Origin: Waddliaceae bacterium
Lineage (GTDB): Bacteria > Chlamydiota > Chlamydiia > Chlamydiales > SLOH01
Assembly (NCBI GenBank): GCA_040880105.1
Contig: JBBDJA010000016.1
Coordinates: 1-24,117 of the forward strand
Length of the DNA stretch: 24,117 bases
Direction of reading: 5' to 3'
The notes below the pieces were generated by a model. That model was given only the letters and a program-made list of their open reading frames with translations. It had not been told where the DNA came from and ran no database searches. The stretch's first letter is position 1, and each line of letters begins with the position of its first letter. The position numbers were made by a program, and so were the translations under genes. Positions 16,800-24,117 of the stretch are shown piece by piece.

Positions 16800-18696
16800 G
16801 AACAGAAAATCACTTTACCTGCTCTTTTTTTTCGTGCTTTTTGCCACTAGCATTTTTTGCGAAGTCAAGCAATTTCCGTGGGATCAACCGTCAAATATTA
16901 AAATGGCCAAAGAGGCGCTAACCTGGGAAGGATGGGTTACAATCGCGGTTTTTCTTCTAATATTTACAGGACTTGTGACCGAGTTTCGACCCCCGGATAT
17001 TGTAATGCTAATGGGTACAGGGTTTTTAGTTATTGTAGGAATCTTAACGCCAAACCAGTTTCTCGAAGGGTTTTCAAGCCAAATTCTGATGACCATTGCG
17101 ATGCTTTGCATCGTTGTCAGAACTTTAGAGGTCAACGGGATCATTGAGAGAGTTGGAAAACAGATCCTGACTAGCTCTAAACTCTTTTGGAAGCAGATTC
17201 TCTCTCTATGCGTCCCTGTCTCCTTCTCATCTGCCTTTTTGAACAACACGCCAATTGTCCTTCTAATGACCCCGATTGTGAGAAAATGGGCGCTCAAGAA
17301 TAAAGATGCCCCCTCAAAATTTTTAATTCCCCTTTCTTATGCCGCCGTGATGGGAGGCGCTTGCACACTGATCGGCAGTTCCACGAATTTAATTGTCTAC
17401 GGCGCCCTAATGCGAGAAATGCCGGAAGCGGCCTTCTCTTTTTTTGAGCTTGCATGGGTGGGAGTCCCCTGTTGCATTGCCGGCCTTCTCTTTCTTATGC
17501 TATTTGGTCAAAAACTTTTACCGGAGCGCATCGATCCGGCCAGTGCCGTCTCTGAAGAAACAAGAGAGTTTACCGGAGAGTTTATGGTCGATGAGGAGAG
17601 CCCCATTGCCAATAAAAAAATCAGAGATGTAAGCGGCAGATACTTTCCAAGAGAGATCCTCATACAAATTGAGCGCAATAACGACATCATCGATTCACCG
17701 GGACCAGACTTTACCCTCTTTGTGGGTGATCGGCTCGTCTTTGCCGGAGATATCCACCAAATTGCCGAACTTCACGCAATTAAAGGACTCAAATCCATTG
17801 CCGATCCCCATTTCTCACTTGATATCAGCTCTTCCCACTTTGCCGAGATCGTCATCCCGACCACCTCCTTTCTTGTCGGGAAGACCCTTCGCCAAATTAA
17901 TTTTCGAAAAACATACGGAGCCTCCGTTCTTGCTGTCTACAGGCAAGGTTGGCGCGTGATGGGAAATGTGCGCGACATTGTCCTGCACTCAGGCGACACC
18001 CTCATGCTACTTTCCGGGGAGCCTTGGAGCGAGGCAAAATTTAATAATAAAGACTTTTACTATATCCGCCACCATGAAAAGCTGATGGTCTTTCACCCTG
18101 TGAGAGCCCTCTTTGTTCTTTCCGTACTTGGAGGAATGATTGTGGCCGCAGCAATGGGGATACCCATTTTAATTGCCAGCATGATAGCTGTTTTTGCCCT
18201 GCTCGTCACCCGCTCCATCAATCTAAGAGAGGCGCAAAACAGCGTCATTTGGAACGTTCTCCTTCTCATCGGCTGCTCATTTGCACTGGCCCGCGCAATG
18301 GAAACAACCGGCGTTGCAAGCTATTTTGCTCAGATCGTCCTTTCCATCGTTGGAACCAACCCCTATATGCTGATCGGTGGGATTTTGTTGATCACAATTT
18401 TATCCACCGAATTTATGACAAATAACGCAACAGCGCTCATTCTTTTTCCCATTGCATTTCAAACCGCCGGACTTGCAGGCTACACCTCTCCAATGGCCAT
18501 AAAGGCAGTCGGGATTGCCGTTGCCATTGGCGCCTCTTGCGGTTATGCGATCCCGACCGGCTATCAAACGCATATGATTGTGTATGGTCCCGGGGGGTAC
18601 CAATTCACCGATTTCATTAAAACCGGGATTTGGATGGACCTCATCTTTTTAACGATAGCCACTTTCCTTATCCCAAAGCTATGGCCTTTAATCTAA
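16798..18696 (+). CDS. SLC13/DASS-family permease with TrkA-C domains (putative Na+:sulfate/dicarboxylate symporter)
   Basis: SAFLNNTPIV, LIPLSYAA, GGACTLIGSSTNL, central soluble TrkA-C pair, TEFMTNNA, GYQTHMIVYGPGGYQFTDF. Probable start MNRKS at 16798. Confidence 0.9.
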   Translation: MNRKSLYLLFFFVLFATSIFCEVKQFPWDQPSNIKMAKEALTWEGWVTIAVFLLIFTGLVTEFRPPDIVMLMGTGFLVIVGILTPNQFLEGFSSQILMTIAMLCIVVRTLEVNGIIERVGKQILTSSKLFWKQILSLCVPVSFSSAFLNNTPIVLLMTPIVRKWALKNKDAPSKFLIPLSYAAVMGGACTLIGSSTNLIVYGALMREMPEAAFSFFELAWVGVPCCIAGLLFLMLFGQKLLPERIDPASAVSEETREFTGEFMVDEESPIANKKIRDVSGRYFPREILIQIERNNDIIDSPGPDFTLFVGDRLVFAGDIHQIAELHAIKGLKSIADPHFSLDISSSHFAEIVIPTTSFLVGKTLRQINFRKTYGASVLAVYRQGWRVMGNVRDIVLHSGDTLMLLSGEPWSEAKFNNKDFYYIRHHEKLMVFHPVRALFVLSVLGGMIVAAAMGIPILIASMIAVFALLVTRSINLREAQNSVIWNVLLLIGCSFALARAMETTGVASYFAQIVLSIVGTNPYMLIGGILLITILSTEFMTNNATALILFPIAFQTAGLAGYTSPMAIKAVGIAVAIGASCGYAIPTGYQTHMIVYGPGGYQFTDFIKTGIWMDLIFLTIATFLIPKLWPLI

Positions 18697-18743
18697 AATC
18701 GTATAAGATAAAGGGCAAAAAATGAGATTTGAATAGGCCATAC

Positions 18744-20252
18744 ATGAAACGATCCTACTACCTCCTACTTTTCTACGCCGTTCTCGTTTTTGGTTTTTCC
18801 TATCTCATCTCTACTATTTGCGGTGAACTGAACTGTTTCCCGCAGCAAAGCCCTTTGATCATCGATGTTGAGGGGTACGGCGACGATCATCTTCAGGGAG
18901 CTGTCAATATCTTAGATTATCGACTCCATTTGCAGCCGTTTAATTTAGTTGCCCTCATTATTTTTGTTCTGGCCATTTTGCACACCTTTTTTGCCCATCA
19001 ATTCACCCTTTGGTCTCAAAATAGGCGCGAAAAAAACATTCAAGAGAAAAAGCGCATTGTCGATACCTTCGACGTCGAAGTCCTGCGATTTTTAGGCGAA
19101 GTAGAAGTTGTATTTGGTATTTGGGTGATCCCGTTAATGGCTGCCATTACCTATTTTTATAATTGGCAATCCGCTGTTCATTACATAGAGACCAGAAGTT
19201 ATATCGAGCCGATATTTGTCGTTGTAATCATGACCCTTGCCTCCACAAAGCCCATCATAACGCTTGCAGAAGACTGCTGCCAATTTGTCGCCAAACTAAG
19301 CGGCGGTACCATCCGTTCTTGGTGGTGGGTGCTACTGATCTTAGGCCCTCTTTCCGGCTCCTTGATTACAGAGCCCGGAGCTATGACCATTTCAGCTGTT
19401 TTACTCGCCAAACAATTCTATGACCACAAGCCCTCGACAAAACTAGGCTACGCAACCCTTGGACTCCTCTTCACAAACATCTCCGTCGGCGGCGTCTTCA
19501 CTAACTTTGCAGCACCCCCTGTACTTATGGTCAGTCAAGTCTGGGAATGGGATACCCCCTATATGTTCTTCCACTTCGGATGGAAATCCCTCCTTGGTAT
19601 GCTACTTTCCACCAGTCTCTACTTTTTTGTCTTCCGCAAAGAGTTCAATGAAATGGAGCAAAAGCGACAGCTGCACCATCGCGAGAATGAACTCAGAGAT
19701 AAAAACGACCTCTCCACCCCGCTATGGATTAATGTAATGCACGTTTTATTCATGGCATGGACAGTTGTCAATGCGCACCACCCGATTATCTTCATCGGCT
19801 CTTTTTTACTCTTCATCGGATTTTACCAAGCCACAAGACCGTATCAAAGCCACCTTTCCCTACGTACGCCCATACTGGTCGGATTCTTTTTGGCCGGGCT
19901 TGTCATTCATGGAAGTTTGCAGGGATGGTGGATTGAGCCACTACTTAGCAGCGTCAGCGAGGGAACCCTTCTCTTTCTCTCTATGTTCCTCACCTCCTTC
20001 AATGACAACGCCGAAATTACCTTCCTAGCGACGCTCATTCCGCAATTCTCAGATACGATGAAATACTCAGTCTTAGCCGGAGCAGTAACTGGCGGCGGCC
20101 TTACCGTCATTGCCAACGCCCCGAACCCTTCCGGCCAGGCGATCCTTGGAAAATATTTCCATGGGGGCATTTCAGCCACCGGCCTTTTAATCGGAGCCCT
20201 TATCCCCGCTTTAATTACAACGTTCTCATTCTATTTATTTCGAGCCATCTAA
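18744..20252 (+). CDS. Putative Na+/H+ antiporter (DUF1504 family)
   Basis: AILHTF, FLGEVEVVFGIW, GSLITEPGAMT, NISVGG, FAAPPVLMV, VGFFLAGLVIHG, DNA, GAVTGGGLTVIANAPNP. Probable start ATG 18744. Confidence 0.88.
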   Translation: MKRSYYLLLFYAVLVFGFSYLISTICGELNCFPQQSPLIIDVEGYGDDHLQGAVNILDYRLHLQPFNLVALIIFVLAILHTFFAHQFTLWSQNRREKNIQEKKRIVDTFDVEVLRFLGEVEVVFGIWVIPLMAAITYFYNWQSAVHYIETRSYIEPIFVVVIMTLASTKPIITLAEDCCQFVAKLSGGTIRSWWWVLLILGPLSGSLITEPGAMTISAVLLAKQFYDHKPSTKLGYATLGLLFTNISVGGVFTNFAAPPVLMVSQVWEWDTPYMFFHFGWKSLLGMLLSTSLYFFVFRKEFNEMEQKRQLHHRENELRDKNDLSTPLWINVMHVLFMAWTVVNAHHPIIFIGSFLLFIGFYQATRPYQSHLSLRTPILVGFFLAGLVIHGSLQGWWIEPLLSSVSEGTLLFLSMFLTSFNDNAEITFLATLIPQFSDTMKYSVLAGAVTGGGLTVIANAPNPSGQAILGKYFHGGISATGLLIGALIPALITTFSFYLFRAI

Positions 20253-20259
20253 CCCTTAG

Positions 20260-20288
20260 ATGAAATAAAATAAAAAAAATTGTATAAT
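20260..20288 (+). promoter_or_regulatory. Candidate sigma70-type promoter for the response regulator
   Basis: ATGAAA-N17-TATAAT, ending 34 nt upstream of the ATG, with an A-rich spacer. Confidence 0.4.
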
Positions 20289-20322
20289 GAAATTTATAAA
20301 GAAATTTTAAATGTAGTCGCAT

Positions 20323-21009
20323 ATGGAAAAACAAAGATTAATCCTCATTGAGGATGAAGAGGACATTGCAGCATTAATTAAATTGCAAGCTGAGATCTCC
20401 GGTTTCAAGCTCCACGTCGAAACAGACGGCCTTAACGGATTTACCGCCATCAAAAGAGAGAAGCCCGACCTAGTCATACTCGATATCATGCTACCCGGGC
20501 AAAGCGGCCTTGATGTCTGCCGAAAAGTGAAAAACGATCCAGATCTCAAACACATTCCCATTATCATGATATCTGCTCGATCAGAAGAGATGGACATTGT
20601 TCTCGGCCTTGAACTCGGAGCTGACGATTATGTGACCAAACCTTTCTCCCCAAAGATCCTTTTTTCACGCATTCGAGCCGTCATGCGCCGAGGTCAAGAA
20701 GAAGAGCATATCGATAAAGTTCTTGCATTTGGCGACTTTTCCCTCGACGTTACCAAATATGTGCTCACTAAAAGAGGAGAGCCTGTCAGCCTGACCCTCT
20801 CAGAGTTTGGCATTATTCGACGCCTACTTGCCAACCGCGGAAAAGTCATGACCCGAAATCAACTCCTCGATGATGTCCAAAATGACGAGGCATTTATTGT
20901 CGATCGAAACATCGATGTTCATATCGCCTCTCTTCGAAAAAAGCTCGGCCCTAACTTCAAATGGATCGAGACCGTTCGAGGCGTTGGGTATCGCTTGAAA
21001 GAAGAGTAG
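20323..21009 (+). CDS. OmpR/PhoB-family DNA-binding response regulator
   Basis: Receiver domain (IEDE, LDIMLPG, ISA, GADDYVTKPF) plus winged helix (LTLSEF, RNIDVHIASLRKKL, IETVRGVGY). Confidence 0.95.
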   Translation: MEKQRLILIEDEEDIAALIKLQAEISGFKLHVETDGLNGFTAIKREKPDLVILDIMLPGQSGLDVCRKVKNDPDLKHIPIIMISARSEEMDIVLGLELGADDYVTKPFSPKILFSRIRAVMRRGQEEEHIDKVLAFGDFSLDVTKYVLTKRGEPVSLTLSEFGIIRRLLANRGKVMTRNQLLDDVQNDEAFIVDRNIDVHIASLRKKLGPNFKWIETVRGVGYRLKEE

Positions 21010-21123
21010 TATTGAAGCAAAGACGCCACTACTAAAATTGAAATCTGACCCACATATAATTATTGCCTTAAGATAAGATCTTATAGAGAGTCTCTCAACA
21101 CAAGCGTAAATTCATTAATATCC

Positions 21124-21151
21124 ACTCAGATCAGCTTTTGAGTCTTTTTTT
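21124..21151 (+). terminator. Candidate intrinsic terminator
   Basis: Stem ACTCAGA/TTTGAGT (one G-U pair), 6-nt loop, followed by C and T7. Confidence 0.5.
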
Positions 21152-21187
21152 CTGATTTCTCAGATAGAGTTTTTTCCAAATGAATAT

Positions 21188-21218
21188 TTGACAAACAGCC
21201 CTTAACGGTTTATATAAT
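21188..21218 (+). promoter_or_regulatory. Candidate promoter of the surface protein gene
   Basis: Perfect TTGACA (21188-21193) and TATAAT (21213-21218) with a 19-nt spacer. Confidence 0.5.
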
Positions 21219-21323
21219 CCATTTAATACAAATTTGTTTTTGGAAAAATCAGGTCTAAATTTCTGTTCCCCATTTGCTACCAAGACATGATAACTCCAAA
21301 ATCGCTACAAAAAAGAAGATTCT

Positions 21324-24117
21324 ATGAAGTTAAAGACGTTACTATCGGCATTTTTTATCCTCTTTTCAGGGATATCCCAGCCTCTTTTTTCAGCTCCTAC
21401 AGTTGAAGACCTCTCCCCTTACTTTGGACCCGCAAGATCATCTTCCACATCCGTCACTATAACAGGAAGCGGATTCTGGGATATTAACGATGACCCAATT
21501 GTAACAGAAGTGCTTTTTGGCGATATTCCGGCAAGTAGCTTCACAGTGGTTTCAGATACGCAAATTACAGTCAACACTCCTCTTCATGTGCCCGGTGCTG
21601 TATTTGTTCAAGTGACAGTTGAAGATCCTATGGGAGTATTTGAGAGCAACGTGAAACGAGATGATCACATGGATCACTTTGTTTTTCAGGGATTTAGCTT
21701 TCTTAATATTAATATGGGGGGGGAAGGAATTGCAGTAATTGATACCGCAACCAATTTCACTGAACCAGTCAACCCACTGGATCCAACATCTCCAGATTTA
21801 TCATCTATATTTTCATCACCAGATGGACAATATTCAATTTCAACTAGAGAAAGCACCGATAACTTACCGCAGGTCAATATCGGACCCCTAACAGATACAT
21901 ATCCATATGAGACTACGTTTACAAACGGTGAAACCTTTAAAGCTATTACGATCTCTCTAGATGGAAATACCGCTTACTTGTTAAATGAGTCTACCCCTTT
22001 CAATCCATCAGCCATTGCCTTAGACTTAAAGAACCAAACATATCAAACCATTTCTCTGACAGAAGAAGTAGATGAAAAACTTCCGGTAATTCCCGCAATT
22101 TCCCCTACTGAGCCAAAACTCTTTGCAGTCTATGCGGTAAGCAACACCCCTATTATTTATGTTGTGAATACTGATAATTATAACGATGTTGAAGAAATAT
22201 TATTTGCACCTAGTTTAGGTTCTCCTACTGCATTCGCATTAAATTCGGACGGTTCTAAAGCAGTGCTTGTTTTAGATAGTGGAACCATTTTTATCATAAA
22301 TACAGCCAACTATCTGGATGTTTCGGAAGTTACAGTAGGAGGCGACCCCATCGGGGTTGTAATCGCTTCAGATAATCAAGCTTATGTTCCATGTCAAGGG
22401 AGTGCATCTGTATTTGCAATCGACTTAGATGGTGTTGAATCACCTGTTGAAATCCAAATGACTGACTCATTCGTGCCACAATCTGCAACATGCACCCCTA
22501 ATGGGTCTAAAGTTTTTGTTGGCTGTCGTCCACCGGATGGCAGTGATCGAGACTTTGTACCTCTTAAAGTTTTTCAGATCAATACAGTAAACAACTATTC
22601 GCTTTCAAGTTTTAATGTTGGTTCACTTAGTGATTTTAATAAGGAATTTGATTTTATTCGCGGGATGGTTGTTAATCCAAACGGAGTTGGGGGCTATTTT
22701 GCCTTGGCAAATACTGCTGACGACAGATCAAATTTTTACTTTTTCTCTGTAAACGCCTTCCCTTCTTCCAGTGTAAATCCGTTACCTCCAGGCAACTACC
22801 CAAACCTCAGTAATCGATTACTTAGACAAGCAAGTACATTAACGATAACTCCGAATCAAGCCCCTTTGTCAAGGTTGAGCATTTCAGGTGAGATGCCAAT
22901 TAGGACCGGGGTTACATACACTTTTGATGGTACAGACTCGGTATCTCCTACATTTAATATTACAGATTATGAATGGGTTTTTTCAGATGAGAGTATCACT
23001 GTTGATCCAACTGCAAATGATGGGATTAAGGAAGTTACTTTTACAGAGCCTGGCACATATAGTGTTTCATTAACAGTAACGAATACACTTGGGGTCTCAA
23101 CAGAACAAACTTTCTTAGTAAATAGCTGTATAAATATTGATAACAAATTCAACGTCACATCTCTCACAAATAATGGCGGCGAGACTGCTGCTTTATCAAT
23201 GGAAATCGATGTTGAACAAACCCCTCCATCAGCACCACAAAACTTAATAGCAACACCCGACAGAAATGAAAACGGCTACCTTGTCACACTGGATTGGGAT
23301 GCGCCTGAGACTGGCAGTCCGGATCTCTACAAGATATTTAGAGACGATGGTGTAAGCAATACAGAAATAGGCACTTCAGCCACTTTAAATTACATAGACG
23401 ATACCGTTGTCCTAGGTGAAACCTATGACTACACAGTAGTTGCAGTTCAAAACGATGTAGATTCCGTCCCTTCAGATCCAGCAATTGTGACTATCGATCC
23501 AATCGCACCGTCCGCCCCTCAAAACTTAGAGGGAATCTCCTCCAGAGAACCCAACGGCGACTACATCGTCTCACTCACATGGACAGCACCGGAAACAGGA
23601 GCACCCGATAGTTACAGAATCTTGAGAGATAGTGTTGAGATTGGTACAACAACTACTGCTACTGAATTTGAAGATACTAATGTCGTTGTCAATGGCGTGT
23701 ATGACTACGAAGTCATCGCTGTAGAAGAGGGACTCGATTCAACGCCTGCGACTGATATGGTCACCGTTAATGCAGAAGCTCCTTCCGCTCCTCAGAATTT
23801 AAACGGAGTCTCCTCCAGAGAACAGAACGGAGACTACCTCGTTACACTCACATGGACTGCACCGGAAACAGGAGCACCCGACAGCTACAGAATCTTAAGA
23901 GACAGTGTCGAGATCGGTACAACAACCACTGCTACCGAGTTTGAAGATACTAATGTCGTTGTCAATGGCGTGTATGACTACGAAGTCATCGCTGTAGAAG
24001 AGGGACTCGATTCAGCGCCTGCAACTAATGAAGTCACTGTTCAGCCGGAAGCGCCTTCTGCTCCTCAAAACTTAAGCGGAGTCTCCTCCAGAGAACAGAA
24101 CGGTGACTACCTCGTCA
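21324..24117 (+). CDS. Large secreted surface protein/adhesin: signal peptide, IPT/TIG, YVTN-like beta-propeller, PKD, tandem FN3 (3' partial)
   Basis: Translated by hand: 931 codons with no stop up to the window edge. MKLKTLLSAFFILFSG signal; APTV..SVTITGSGF..VVSDTQIT (IPT); SPDG/SLDG/NSDG/TPNG blades; NQAP..FDGTDS..YEWVF..PGTYSVSLTVTN (PKD); PSAPQNL..LTW..YRI..YDYEVIAV (FN3). Confidence 0.9.
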   Translation, partial: MKLKTLLSAFFILFSGISQPLFSAPTVEDLSPYFGPARSSSTSVTITGSGFWDINDDPIVTEVLFGDIPASSFTVVSDTQITVNTPLHVPGAVFVQVTVEDPMGVFESNVKRDDHMDHFVFQGFSFLNINMGGEGIAVIDTATNFTEPVNPLDPTSPDLSSIFSSPDGQYSISTRESTDNLPQVNIGPLTDTYPYETTFTNGETFKAITISLDGNTAYLLNESTPFNPSAIALDLKNQTYQTISLTEEVDEKLPVIPAISPTEPKLFAVYAVSNTPIIYVVNTDNYNDVEEILFAPSLGSPTAFALNSDGSKAVLVLDSGTIFIINTANYLDVSEVTVGGDPIGVVIASDNQAYVPCQGSASVFAIDLDGVESPVEIQMTDSFVPQSATCTPNGSKVFVGCRPPDGSDRDFVPLKVFQINTVNNYSLSSFNVGSLSDFNKEFDFIRGMVVNPNGVGGYFALANTADDRSNFYFFSVNAFPSSSVNPLPPGNYPNLSNRLLRQASTLTITPNQAPLSRLSISGEMPIRTGVTYTFDGTDSVSPTFNITDYEWVFSDESITVDPTANDGIKEVTFTEPGTYSVSLTVTNTLGVSTEQTFLVNSCINIDNKFNVTSLTNNGGETAALSMEIDVEQTPPSAPQNLIATPDRNENGYLVTLDWDAPETGSPDLYKIFRDDGVSNTEIGTSATLNYIDDTVVLGETYDYTVVAVQNDVDSVPSDPAIVTIDPIAPSAPQNLEGISSREPNGDYIVSLTWTAPETGAPDSYRILRDSVEIGTTTTATEFEDTNVVVNGVYDYEVIAVEEGLDSTPATDMVTVNAEAPSAPQNLNGVSSREQNGDYLVTLTWTAPETGAPDSYRILRDSVEIGTTTTATEFEDTNVVVNGVYDYEVIAVEEGLDSAPATNEVTVQPEAPSAPQNLSGVSSREQNGDYLV
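21716..21723 (+). repeat. G8 homopolymer inside the surface protein CDS
   Basis: ATG GGG GGG GAA contains 8 consecutive G and is currently in frame. Confidence 0.8.
23223..24117 (+). repeat. Intragenic tandem repeats encoding FN3 domains
   Basis: Units start at 23223 (divergent, 282 bp), 23505, 23778 and 24051 (partial). The period is 273 bp (91 aa). Confidence 0.95.

Noticed and set aside
4258..21009. Numerous 60-137 aa alternative-frame and antisense ORFs in the track
   Set aside because: They lie within well-supported genes and show no recognisable motifs, so they are shadow ORFs.
20323..21009. Assigning the symbol phoB or chxR
   Set aside because: No adjacent phoR/pst genes or clear pho boxes, and the phospho-Asp is intact unlike ChxR. 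Only the family is supportable.
21686..23167. Short ORFs 21686-21877, 22888-23073 and 22967-23167
   Set aside because: They are shadows of the long plus-strand surface protein ORF starting at 21324.
23505..24117. Repeats as a CRISPR array or DGR template/variable repeat pair
   Set aside because: They are contiguous in-frame 273-bp coding units with no spacers. Differences are mostly synonymous T/C rather than adenine-specific, and no cas or reverse transcriptase gene is in the window.

Overview
Bacterial chromosomal window, most likely from an environmental member of the Chlamydiae. This is inferred from the Mip-like FKBP, the DUF1504 antiporter, a chlamydial-type secreted hypothetical and the IPT/propeller/PKD surface protein. 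It has three parts. (1) Bases 1-4250 are a visibly AT-richer accessory zone holding polymorphic-toxin debris. It contains an Rhs YD-repeat relic with an orphan immunity-like gene, a secreted hypothetical plus a degenerate Mip/FKBP, and a minus-strand Ntox37-like toxin tip followed by two paralogous immunity-like genes. A 60-bp attC-like hairpin lies just upstream of the toxin tip. (2) Bases 4258-21009 are a housekeeping/envelope block: SDR, trkA-trkH-uvsE, a five-gene CDP-6-deoxyhexose/GT2 operon, a SAM methyltransferase, metK-kdsD, an SLC13/TrkA-C permease, a putative Na+/H+ antiporter and an orphan OmpR-family regulator. (3) From 21324 to the window end is a large secreted surface protein missing from the ORF track (signal peptide, IPT/TIG, beta-propeller, PKD, tandem 273-bp FN3 repeats), with an internal G8 tract. 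No rRNA, tRNA, CRISPR, transposase or integrase was seen. All family assignments are from motif recognition, not database searches.
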